Shown: in pieces, positions 10,860 through 22,152 of the stretch | Position numbering within the stretch: the stretch's first letter is position 1 | How the letters are laid out: every line of letters begins with the position of its first letter | From: Hypanus sabinus | Lineage: Eukaryota | DNA length: 64,000 bases | Direction of reading: 5' to 3' | NCBI RefSeq assembly: GCF_030144855.1 | Contig: NC_082709.1 | Span: 53,196,001 to 53,260,000 of the forward strand | The notes under the pieces: generated by a model | Seen by the model: the letters and a program-made list of their open reading frames with translations, nothing else | What the model was told of the DNA's origin: nothing | Databases searched by the model: none | Translations under genes and position numbers: made by a program

Positions 10860-13023
10860 TCCCCGCAATGATGCCATATTAAATTGAATTAAGAAAGATA
10901 CTGGATGATGCCACAGCAGTGCTCAAGAATGTCATTGAAAAACTCAAAAATATCAAAGGTTTTAAATGAAAATGCCACACTCAAATTTTGTAGAGCCCAT
11001 CCGTGATAAAGTACCCAGTGAGCTAGATCGCATGGAGGCTGAAGGAATTCTTTCCAAGGTTGAGTGGAGCCCATGGGCAATGCCAGTGGTCCCAGTAGCC
11101 AAGAAGAATGGATCTGTCAGGATGTGTGATGATTTTAAGATTACCATCCACTCGGTACTGGAAGCAAATCAGTACCCTCTACCCAGGATAGAGGATATCT
11201 TTGCAAACTTTTTTGGAGGAAAACTCTTCAGAAAATTGGACTTAGCCGAGGCCCATTTACAGATGGAAATGGAAGAAGAATATGAAGTGTTTCTCACCAT
11301 AAACATTCTCAATGGGCTTTAACACTATAATAGGCTTCTTTTTGGAGTAGCATCTGCAGCTACACACTGGTAGAAAACTATGGGCCAGGGATTGTTCTGT
11401 TTACCCTTAGGAAAGGAAGTACCAGAAAATTATACTAAAATAGACACTCCCCTTGAAGTATTCTCCCTAACTCTCTATTACAGCAGGGTGATCCATAGGG
11501 AAACTAGAAAAGATGCCACACTGTCTGAGGTCTATATGGCCACCAAAAATGGCTGGAATGTGCAACAGAATATCCAGTTTCCCTTTTTTTAACCAGTGCC
11601 AAAATGAACTTGCCCTTGACAGAGATCGCCTTATGTGGGGATTGAGAGTTGTTGTACTATCCAAGCTGAGAGCTAAATGTTAGATGAGCTACATGCCGGT
11701 CATCTAGGCATGCTTAAAATGAAAGCATTGGCTCAAAGCTTTGTCTGGTGGCCTGGAAGAGATTAGCAGATCGAGCAGCTAGCTGTGTACTGTACAGGAT
11801 GCCAATGGTCTGCATTGCCCTGGTGGAAGAATCATGTGGATTTTGCTGGACTGTCCAAATTTCAGCTGCAAAGTGTCCAGATGTGTTCCCAATAGCCTCC
11901 CTACAGGTTTGACACTGTTAATGTGTTGAGAAGCCTCTTCTCAAGGACTGGTGTTGCAGAAAACGTAGTCAGTGACAATGGAGCACTGTTCGTGTGGGAA
12001 TGGTTTCAATCATTCCTAAAAATGAATGGAATAAGACATAGTATATCTGCACTGTACCACTCAGCTATAAATGGCTTGGTGGAAACGTTTGTCCAGCTTC
12101 TAAAGAATACTGTCAGCAGACTCACTGTACTAACACTGAATCAGAAGCTCATCAGTTTCCTTCCTGCACATTATAATGCCACACACTCCACAAACAATGA
12201 CTCACCAGCGACACTATTCCTTGGTAGTCCCTTGTGGTCATGCTCAGACCGCTGCAAACCCAATCTCAGAATCAAAATGCAGAACAAGCAGTTGAGAGAG
12301 CTCCTCAAAGAGGTTCGATGTTTCGCTCCTGGACAAGGCGTACTGGCAACGGACTACAGGGGTGATTAGAAGAGGGTACTCAGGAGGATTAAGGACAGAA
12401 CTGGACCACTTTCCTATACAATGGAGATTGATATCATCGGGAGGTGACACATCGGTCAGTTGAGGAGAGCAGAGTCAATTGATTGAGTAGAAAGTTGGCT
12501 AACATTATCAGAATCACTTTCTGCAGTCTGAAGTCAACTGCTACAACCACCATGGAGGAGGCCCCAGAACTTAAAATTGTTTCACAGCCACAAGTCTCAC
12601 CTGATAAGCAGAGTGATCCCCCCTTGTCAGGAAAGATATAATCCGACAAGAGTAAGAGATCTTCCACAGCAATTAAATCATTAGGAGTGAGTAGGGCAAT
12701 TTAAAATTTACTATGCTGTGGGTGTTTGAATATAGTAGTTATGTTATGTAATATATTGTGTATATAGTTGAGATGAGTTCTGCATTGAGTTGGAGTTTAT
12801 AGCCAAGCAGGGAGAAGTGTGTGTATTTGTGAGTAATCTTGTATACATATACATCTGTAGTTCAATTAAGCATTCTTGTTCATTTAAATGCATAAGTACA
12901 TCAATTGCATACATTGTCACACTACTATGGGCGTGCCTTACTTAAAGTAAAGACCAAGTTCCACTATATTTAGGACTCCTGTGTCTTTCTTTTGAATTGT
13001 TTAATATTTTGAAGTTACATAAC
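10860..13023 (+). mobile_element. Degenerate Ty3/Gypsy LTR retrotransposon (K02A2.6/Mag-like): RT N-terminus, internal deletion, integrase, PPT and 3' LTR
   Basis: ORF 10966-11322 SPWAMPVVPVAKKNGSVRMCDDFK...YPLPRIEDIF...KLDLAEAHLQ (RT); ELHAGHLG...CTGC near 11690-11800 (integrase zinc finger); ORF 11923-12369 VVSDNG...NGLVETFVQ (integrase core); purine tract near 12805-12817 followed by an LTR-like segment. Many stops. Confidence 0.8.
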
Positions 13024-13261
13024 TTCGCAGGTACACTTCAGAGAAAGAGAAAATATGAAAAGAAGCCGAGAAAGGGAAAGGGGGGGAGTATAAAAGGAAC
13101 ATTTCTGAAAGTGGGGCAAAATTTCATGCTGCAAATGTGCAATGCTGAAACTATCAGTAGAAACCACTGCAGTTGCTGAAAATCTGACATTAAAGAGAAT
13201 GCTGGAATACCCGGCAAGTCAGACAGCTTCCGTGTGTGGTGAGGTAGTTCAATCCCTTTGA

Positions 13262-15290
13262 TATGCAGATCCTAACTCGGGTCACAGCATAGAGATCTTG
13301 AGGTTGGGTTTGCTGGGTGGCAGATGCTTCTCAGGGGTCATCAGGTAGGCATCCTCCTTCTTAGATGTTTCGTCTGTTTAAGCCCACTACATCTTCAGAG
13401 GGCTCAACAGCATGACCCGGTGTCCCAGGTGGAACCCCCTTCACATCTGGCCACCCACGCATCATGTTAGGCCCAACTGCCATCACTCCTCTTCATCCAT
13501 AACCCGTGGCTGCTTCGCTCGGCTGCCTCCGAGAGTTCTTTCATAAATTGCACTGGCCCTGGTCATGGACTTGCAATTCCTCCAGCAATCTGAACATGGA
13601 AGTAGCAACAAACCCTCTGCAACCAACCTCTTCTGGTGAAATCAGTGCCTTCCATCCACGCTGTTTGTCATCTGTGACCATCTCAGTGTACCTTACATGT
13701 TTCCGCTCATTGCCTCACAGACTACATCTTCGCAGGGCATGGTGAGCTCTGAGATTACTACAGCTTCCAAACTACTGGATCTCAAGACCAGATCTGGTCT
13801 GAGGGTTGTAGTTGCTATCTCCAGGGAAAATATCAGCCTTTTGTCAAGGTCAACAGTGTGCCTGACATCAACTATTTCAGTGAGGTTGGCGCTGTCTGTC
13901 CTTGCCAGACAAAGGGGATGGATGGTTCTTCCTGTCTTGTGGGGCTCAGAGCTGTTATTCAGTCTTTGCTTCTCCACAATTAATGCCAAGTGTCTGAGGA
14001 CCTGGTTGTGCTTCCATGTGCATAGTCCTTGAGTGAGGCTTACTTTGCAAGATGAGAGGATGTTCTTGCGTTTTGCTGTTCTTCCACAGAGTGGACAAGC
14101 TGGGTCTTCACCGAGCCACTGGTTCAGATCTTTGCGAGTTGGGAGAGCATCATAAACTGCTCTTATAAAGAAGCTAACTTTTCTTTCTTCCTTTTCCCAT
14201 CAATCTTTCCAGCTGAATTTTCTTTCCTCAATGTCTTCTCACCTTGTCCACTGTCCCCATTTCACCTGAGACACTGCTCTTGCATATCTCATATACTCCT
14301 CCTGTCACTGTATTTGCTCCACCACCATAGTTGCCTTTGTTTTTGTGTTGCCACCTTTTGCCAAATGGGCCTATTTGAACTTGTGTCAAGGCCCCCTCTT
14401 CCAGATTGCACCTGGCCCACCATATCTGCAAACCTGAGTACTGATTTTGCCTGTTTCACTGACTCTGCTGGACACTACTTTCTCCCTGTTAAGGTCCTGG
14501 GTACAGTATCCTGGACAACACCGTCACAAGATCCCAAAGGAGTCATCGCAAGCCTCACCTTGGCACGCTTGAATCTTCAGTCAGCCCCGTGACAGTCAAC
14601 TCCAGAGCTCCTTTGCCATACAGGTAGATGTTACTTCGCGAATTTGGTAGGCCCATCCCTTCTTAATGAAGGAGCGAACTGTCCTCTCCAGCTTTTCAAC
14701 ATGAGTGATGGGGACTTCATACACCCAAGGGAACAATCCAAACTGAAGGCACCAGAGCTTGAGGTTTCCTGGCAGCAAGGTCTTATCAATGGTTTTAAGT
14801 CCTCTGACGATTTATTTTCTCAGCAGATTCATTTGATTTGTATTACTGAGGTTTACATCGTACCAATGCCCCAAGCTTTTAACTGGCATTTCTGACACAG
14901 TAGGAATTACTTTCCCATCCACATGGAACTTAAAGTCCACCAGCCTTCTCTTGACTATAGAAATGCTCCTAGACTTCTTTGGTTTAATTGTCATTCAGGT
15001 CCATTTGATGTTTGAATGGAGCTTCTCAAGCAACCGTTTGGTACATGGGATGGTTAAATCATCCATAAATGCCCAGATTGTTGGTAGGTGTAATCCTAAC
15101 TTCAGTTGTTCTCCTGCTACTACCCACTTAGAAACTCTAATGATGACTTCCATTGCCATGGTAAAGGCCAGCAGAGAGATGCCTTATCTCCACAGGCTGA
15201 CAGTGTTGTACTCTGTGGCTATCAATGAGAACTGGAGACCTCGAAAGTAGGCTTTGACCGAGGTTGTTTATTGCTTAACACTGAAGTTTA
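13262..15290 (-). mobile_element. 5'-truncated non-LTR retrotransposon with restriction-like endonuclease (HERO-like, R2 group)
   Basis: Minus-strand peptides: MDD... and IKPKKSRSISIVK...PVKSLGHWYD (RT), KLWCLQFGLFP, CPLC zinc knuckle, LRPDLVL...ISELTMPCED and EVGCRGFVA (RLE PD-(D/E)xK domain). Confidence 0.75.
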
Positions 15291-16439
15291 TTCTCCAGTG
15301 ACGAGGCTGCTTTCTTGACACATTGAGGTCCAGCTGGACCTACTAAATATTACTTATGGTCCAAACACTCACGTGGCCCTTGGCATCATCTGTGAATTAC
15401 GCTTGAACACCATCATGCAGCGGATTCCTAAAGCAGTAAAGAGCAATGGAGCCAGCAGTATGGGACACCGCGGGAGCCTGATCATCAGAGAGATCCAAAT
15501 CCATCTGTGGCTTTGCCTTCACCTTTCCAGACAGACTATGAGAAGGTCTATGCCACAAAGTAATATGTAAATAGAGAGAGAAATGAGAGTTTGAACTCAG
15601 ACTGGGCAATGCCACAATATTCTGAACCTGAGCTGCAGACTCCTAGAACGAGTGGGCACAGCGGTGGAGTCAGATCAGCGCTGAGGCACGTAAGGCTAGT
15701 TTCTCTCCAGGTCCTCCTGATTCCACCCAGGAACCAAAGACGTATGAGCTTGTAGGTTAACTGCCACAGTGACTTACAGGTGAGTGGTGGAATCCGGCAG
15801 CAATAATTCAATGTCATCAAATACTGTACTAGACACTTGCTTTCTGTACTTACTCTGATCTATATGAATAGGAATATTTTGCTTCAAAAAGCTCATCACC
15901 CATTTCACCCAGCCTTTTCTCTGAATGAAATTTCCACTGAATAAGATGCTTGCTTGGAAACCCCTGCTTTTTCAAGTCCAGGTAAAGCTGCCCATGTGTC
16001 TCTTAAATACAGAAGTGTTGCCTTGGATACTGAAAATGGATGAGCAATTTGAAAGGGGTTCATTGATAATTAAAACAATGTGATTGAGGGGAGAAATGGT
16101 TCATCTCATGAAGAAATACGAACAAGGAGTAAAGCTCGGCCATCACAGAGACCAATCAGGAAACAATTTCCCAAATGTTGCTGGAACCTGGAACCTGGAA
16201 CTGCCTTGCTTAGAAGACTGGAGTTGAAGGAGCAACTTAAGGCTTTATGAAGGGGGCAGATGGATTTCTGTGTTTCTGTCATCTTAAGGTATCAGGATCA
16301 AGTGATTGAGTGCCACAGGTCATCCCCAATCTTACTGACAGGTCAAGGCCCATTCTGGTGATCCAATCCACCTTGTAATAATGTATTGAATGTAAATTTG
16401 CTCACACATTGTTTCCTCTGCCAATGACAATCTCGGCAT

Positions 16440-18610
16440 CCTATTCTGCTTTGAAAGAAGAGTCAGTAGCACTTCCAGCAGCAACTACTGACTGAAGCTT
16501 GCTTCAGTGAGCAACATGAAGATGAAATACCCGCCACAGCCAATGAATTTTTCCATGTAAAGGGTTAACTGAAATGCACTGCGCAGCAAAATCTGGGGAC
16601 AAGTGCTCTTCTCATAAGGCAAATTGATTCAAGTCTTCCGACTTCTAAAATACCTTGCAATTTGTTTTTGTTCAAAAGATGATAACATTATTCTTGTTCA
16701 AAGAACGATTGATATTTTTGTGCAGATGTTGACACTGTTCTTGGCCAGTCAGCCTTCCCCTGAACTATTTATCTCCACTAATTGTTTTGATGTTCTCATT
16801 TCACTCTCCACATCCCGTCCCATACAAACACTGAGGCCAGCATGCAGGCCAGGAGCCAAGAAGCCTGACCACAGGTTTCTTTACAGCTGTCAACAATTAT
16901 CCATCTAAAACAAAGCCCTAGGTGAAGCATACATGCTCGGAGTGCTAAATAGCTTCTGTTATTAGGAACACATTGCAGAGAAATCTTTGTATACAGACAC
17001 AACTCTGCTGTAAACGGAACTCATTGCATGTAGAGGTTTGAGCAAATGGACAGTCTGTGCAACACAGTGAGGATCAATCTGTGACCATGGTCTAAACTGC
17101 CCCAAGGACCGGTGAGTATTAAAAATGGGTTAAATGTGAACATACGGTCATGAGCACGCCAGGTATTCTCTGCACTATTGATTGCTTTGGCATGAATTTA
17201 CTCGAACAGAATGGCACATTCTGACATAACTTTGTCAGAACTCCACTGGGGCTTTGCAGCATCTTGTTTGCCTGTTGCCCTGTGAATGCTTCAATTCCTG
17301 GAAGCCGGAACACTTCCAACTGTTTATCTGCATGTTTTCTCATTTATCTATCAGCAAATTGTGAAGGTGCAATCTTGAGAGTGAACTGGGGAATGTATCT
17401 CACACAATCTTTGCTGGCAGATAAAGTGACTGTTAGTTCATAAACAGCCCATGAAACTATGGTGGTCGTGGCCAACATGAACCCACTGCCCCTGCATCAG
17501 TGAACTGGTACACCCACACACGGCACAGTGGATCACCTCAAAGGTTAGTGCCGTTCAGAAATACTCAACTGTGTAAAATCATCAACATGTGTTTACAGAT
17601 TAGATTAACCAAACACTGCCATGTTTCCTTAAGGGGAAATCAAACATTTGAACCAAACATTTTCTTAAGGGGAAACCTTGCTTGACAAAACTTTTGGACC
17701 TCTTCAAAGAAATAACAGGCAGAATAGAAAAAAAAGGGAGTTAGTGGATGTTGTTTATCTGGATTTTCAGAAGACCTTTAACAAGGTGACTGAGGCCACC
17801 TAACGATAGGAGCTCATGGTTTTATAGGGAAAGCACTACTATGTGTAACTGATTGACTGACTGGCAGGAGGCAAAGAAAGGGAAGAAAAAAGGGCTATTC
17901 TGGTTGTCTGCTGGAGACTAGTGGAATTTAGCAGGGGTTGGTATTGGGACCGCTTCTTTTCACGTCATACGTCAATGATTTGGATGAAGGAATTGATTGC
18001 TTTGTGACGAATTTGGAGGATGAAATGAAGATACGTAAGTGGAGGGACAGGTAGTGTTGAGGAAGCAGGAGGTCACCAGAAGGACATAGACAGATTGGGG
18101 AGATGACCAAGATGATTGCAAAGTGACCAAGTAAGCTCTGGACTGGCCTAGAAATTGTCTCAAAAGCAATTAACCTATTGAACTAGCCACTTGTCACTGG
18201 TTCCTGTAGCATGCTGTAGGCTCTGCTGGTATCAAGGAATCGATCTGCCAGAGTGGGAGGAAGGACAATGAACCCACAACAAGTGGATAGGATGGAATTA
18301 ATGACATATTTGGAAAGATAAGAAACCACTGTTAGGAAAGTTGAGATACTTGGACCATGGCCATTGGTGCAGAGAAGGATTAATTTAATTTAAACTAAAT
18401 TGAAGGATATGGGATTTTGTTGTGGTCAGTGGAGACTATTATTTCCTCAGAATGATGGGCAAGCTGTGAGGGCCATTGATTTACAGTATACTTGTCACCA
18501 AGAAAGTGGGAAAGAAGTGAAAACAGAAAATGTTGGAAAAGGTTAGCAGCCCATGCAGAACCTGTGGAAAATCAATTGGCATTTCAGGTTGATGACCAGT
18601 TGATCAGAAC
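16440..18610 (+). repeat. Duplicated upstream block of the SPP2-like repeat unit (belongs to copy B)
   Basis: Colinear homology with 45420-47710 and 61840-63790. Core 'gcccctgcatcagtgaactggtac.cccacacacggcacagtggatcacc' at about 17488, 46861 and 62940. Confidence 0.85.
17690..18110 (+). mobile_element. CR1 LINE RT fragment inserted in the upstream block of copy B
   Basis: VDVVYLDFQKTFNKV...QGLVLGPLLF...VNDLDEGI motifs; absent from the other two upstream blocks. Confidence 0.75.
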
Positions 18611-19469
18611 ATTTCTGAAGAAGGCACACTTATTTTCCTTTAGAATGGAGATGAGTAGGAATATCTTTAGGCAATGGTGGCTAGTGAATCCAAGGAATTC
18701 ATTGCCACAGACAGCTATGCTGGCCAAGTTATTGAGCATATTTAAAGTGGAGGTTTATAGATTCTTGATTAGTAAGGGCATCAAAGATACAGGGAGAAGG
18801 CAGGAAAATGGGGTTGAGAGGGATAATATACCCACCATGATGGAATGGTGGAGCAGCAGACTGGATGGGCTGAATGGCCTAATTCTGCTCTTATATCTTA
18901 TGGATCTGCAAAATCAGCTGTCTCTGACATGCCCTCTTTCTCCTCTCTCTCTCTCTCTCTCTCTCTGCAGATGCTATCTGATTCACTGAATTTCTCTAAA
19001 TATTTTCTGTTTTTACTTCAGATATCCACTGCCTGCAGATACATTTGTTCCTACATTGTGAGAAGTGAAGGCTGGATAAATTTCTTCATATGGAGCAATT
19101 AGAATATTCATTGCGCTGCCATTTTAAAGATCTGTACATTTTAAAGAAAAGATATAAAAGCTATAAAGCAAAAGAAATAATTCTAATAATGCCAGGCTAT
19201 AGTGTCATACCCTGTCAAATCTTGCTTCACCCCTTTCCTCACTTTATTTCCAGCCCAGATGAAGAGATTTAAATGAAAATCTTGCCCGTCCATTTCCCGT
19301 CATTCCTGCTGCCTGACTTGCAAAGTTACTCCAATGCCTTTGTGTGGTAGTCCAGATTTCTACCAGCCACAGTCTCTTGTGTGAACATAGTACATTAGAG
19401 CACAGTACAGGCTCTTCAGCCAATGATGCTGTGCAGACATTTAACCTACTCTAAGATCAATCTAACCAC

Positions 19470-21162
19470 AAGACCATAAGACATTGGAGCAGAATTAGGC
19501 CATTCAGCCCATCGAGTTTGCTCTGCCATCCCATCGTGACTGATCCCGGATCCCACTCAACTCCATATACTTGCCTTCTCGCCATAACCTTTGATGTCTG
19601 ACCAATCAGGAAATGATCAGCTTTTGCTTTATATATACCTACGGACTTGGCCTCCACAATTGTCTATGGCAGAGCATTCCACAGATACACTGCTGTCTGG
19701 TTAAAAAATTATCTCCTTACCTCTGTTCTAAAAGGTCACCCCTCAATTTTGAGGCTGTGCACTCCAGTTCTGGACATGCCCACCATATGAAACATTCTCT
19801 CTACATCCACCTCATCTAGTCCTTTCAACATTCAGTAGGTTACAATGAGGTCCCCATGCATTCTTATACATTCCAATGAGTATAGGCCCAAAGATCCTGA
19901 TATGTTAACCCCTTAATTCCTAGAATCATCCTTGTGAACCTCCTCTGGACTCTCTCCAATGACAACACATCCATTCTGAGATATGGGGCCCAAAACTGTT
20001 GACAGTACTCCAAGGCAGAGCCTGATTTGGGATAATGTCTTATAAAGCCTTAGCATTATCTCCTTGTTTTTAGATTATATTCTCCTTAGCCCTTCCCTTC
20101 ATTTTTCTATCATCCATGTGCCTTTCTAAGAGTCTCAACTATTGCTTATGTATCTGCCTCTACCTGCCCACCCCTATTCCTAGCAGGGCATTCCATGGAT
20201 CCATCACTCTCTGCATAAAATACTTACTTCTGACACTCCCTCATACTTCCCTCTGATCTCCTGAAATTTATGTCCACTCATATTAGCCATTTCCACCATA
20301 GGAAAAAGTCTCTGGCAAACAGTGCATCTATGCATCTTAACTGTTCACTTTTATCACTTCATTTCTCTTCCCGCTTCACTCCAAAGTAAGATGATAGAGC
20401 TTGCTCAACCTATGCTCTTATGCAGGCAGCATCCGGGTAAATCTCCTCTACACCCTCTCTGAAGGTGGCACATCCGTCCTATATTTTGTAAGGAGGATTA
20501 GAGGTCAGGCCAGAGTTTAAGTCTCCGCTCTGGATTTGATCACCAGTGACACAGATGAGGGACATTTGTGGTTGGATGTCAGATGTTGGATGACAAATCT
20601 GCGGACAGTGAACAAGAACCCTCTCCACCAGGTCAGTGAGTTCGAGTCATGGAGGCATAGAAGCCTACAGCACAGAAACAGGCTCTTTGGCCCATCATTT
20701 AAACTGCCTGGACCCAATGACTTGCACGTGGACTGTAGCCCTCTATACCCCTGCCTTCCATATACCTATCCAGACATCTCTTAAACATTGAAAACAAAAT
20801 CGCATCCACCATTTGTTCCGCACTCTGAACACCCTCTGAGTGAAAAGGTTTTGCCTCAAGAACCCCTTAATCATTTCACCTTTCATCCTTAACCCATGAC
20901 CTCTAGTTGTAGTCTCACATATTTGAAAAAGCCTGCTTGCTTTTATTCTGTCTGTAGTTCTCCAGTCCCTGCTACGTCCTTGTAAATTTTGCCTGTATTC
21001 TTTTAATCAAAATTTACATCTTTCCTATAGGTAAGTGACCAAAGCTGTACACAATACTCCAAATTAGGCCTCACTAACATCATATCAACATTTCAACAGT
21101 TCAACATAACATTTCCTGAACCCAATACTTTGATCTATAAAGATGAATGTGCCGATAACTTT
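19470..21162 (-). mobile_element. Nested CR1 LINE 3' fragments; the last continues at 26641-27010 after the Gmr1 insertion
   Basis: Typical CR1 3' ends in reverse ('cataagacattggagcagaattaggccattcagccc', 'tacagcacagaaacaggctctttggccc'). The sequence reads continuously across the LTR element insertion site. Confidence 0.7.
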
Positions 21163-22026
21163 TGTTACGTACTCGTGACACATGACGGTGGTGCCCTTGT
21201 CATGTGACTGGGGTTGAAGCTGTACTGGACTTGAGGTGATGGTCTTGTGATGGTGGAATGACGTCATTTTCCCGCCAGTAGAGATCATGTGATGGGTTTT
21301 TTACAGGTTATAAAAGGTAGACCCCACCCTGTGAGGAGGGGCAGTTCGTGGCTGGATTTGCCAAGTTGACTTCATGCCACTGCGTGTTTGAAGTGATGAC
21401 GCAGTTTAGTTGAAGGATGAAGTTTTTATTTAATGCTTAAAGTTTAAAAGGTTAATGCCAACAGGTTCTTTATGATTCTGTTAGTTTGAGAATTAAAGGA
21501 GAGTGAAGATTCAAGGTTGGAAGTAAAGATCGAGGAGAATCGCTTTCTACGGTGAAACGGGGGCGACCTTTGTTTGATCCTTATTTGGAAGGATTTCGTT
21601 GACTATCTTCGTGTTAATCCCTAGGTTTACCTAGAAAGGATTGAAGGTAGTGGAGAAGGAAAGGTCAGTGCCTTTAAGCCGTTCTGTTTCGTAAATTCTT
21701 CGTGGGAATTTCGACGTCGGGAATCGAAGCAAGCGACGTGAAAGAGAACTTAAATCGTCCTGTAAAGTCTCTCCTTTTAAATGGACTGTGAGCATATCGA
21801 ACTTTTGGCAATATCACTTTAAGAACTGTTTTGGAATATCATTTTAAGAACTGTTTTGGAATATCACTTTACGAACTGTTTGAACAGCCGCTCAGCAGCT
21901 GTTTCCGGTTACGGTAGTGTTTGTTTACTTTTGGGGGGTTTGTTTTCTGTGTTTAATAAAAGTGTTGTTTTATTATAAGAAACCCTTGCCGAACTCATAT
22001 ATTTATTGTTGCCTGAATACGTAACA
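21163..22026 (+). repeat. 5' LTR (864 bp)
   Basis: Direct repeat of 25802-26640; TATAAAA at 21309-21315, AATAAA at 21955-21960; carries three copies of a 25-bp internal repeat. Confidence 0.95.
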
Positions 22027-22033
22027 TTAAATA

Positions 22034-22051
22034 TGGGGGCTCGTCCGGGAT
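22034..22051 (+). promoter_or_regulatory. Primer-binding site complementary to tRNA-Pro
   Basis: TGGGGGCTCGTCCGGGAT, the known tRNA-Pro PBS sequence (as in MLV), 7 nt after the 5' LTR. Confidence 0.92.
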
Positions 22052-22152
22052 TGAATTTTTTGAGTTTACATGCTTGCTAACTTTTAAATCGGTGTTTTGG
22101 AAACGGGGATTACTCGGTTCTTTTGTTTGGCTTGTTGTGGTATTCGGCAGCA

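Noticed and set aside
22034-22051. tRNA-Pro gene
   Set aside because: Only the 18-nt complement of the tRNA 3' end is present; it is the retroelement primer-binding site.
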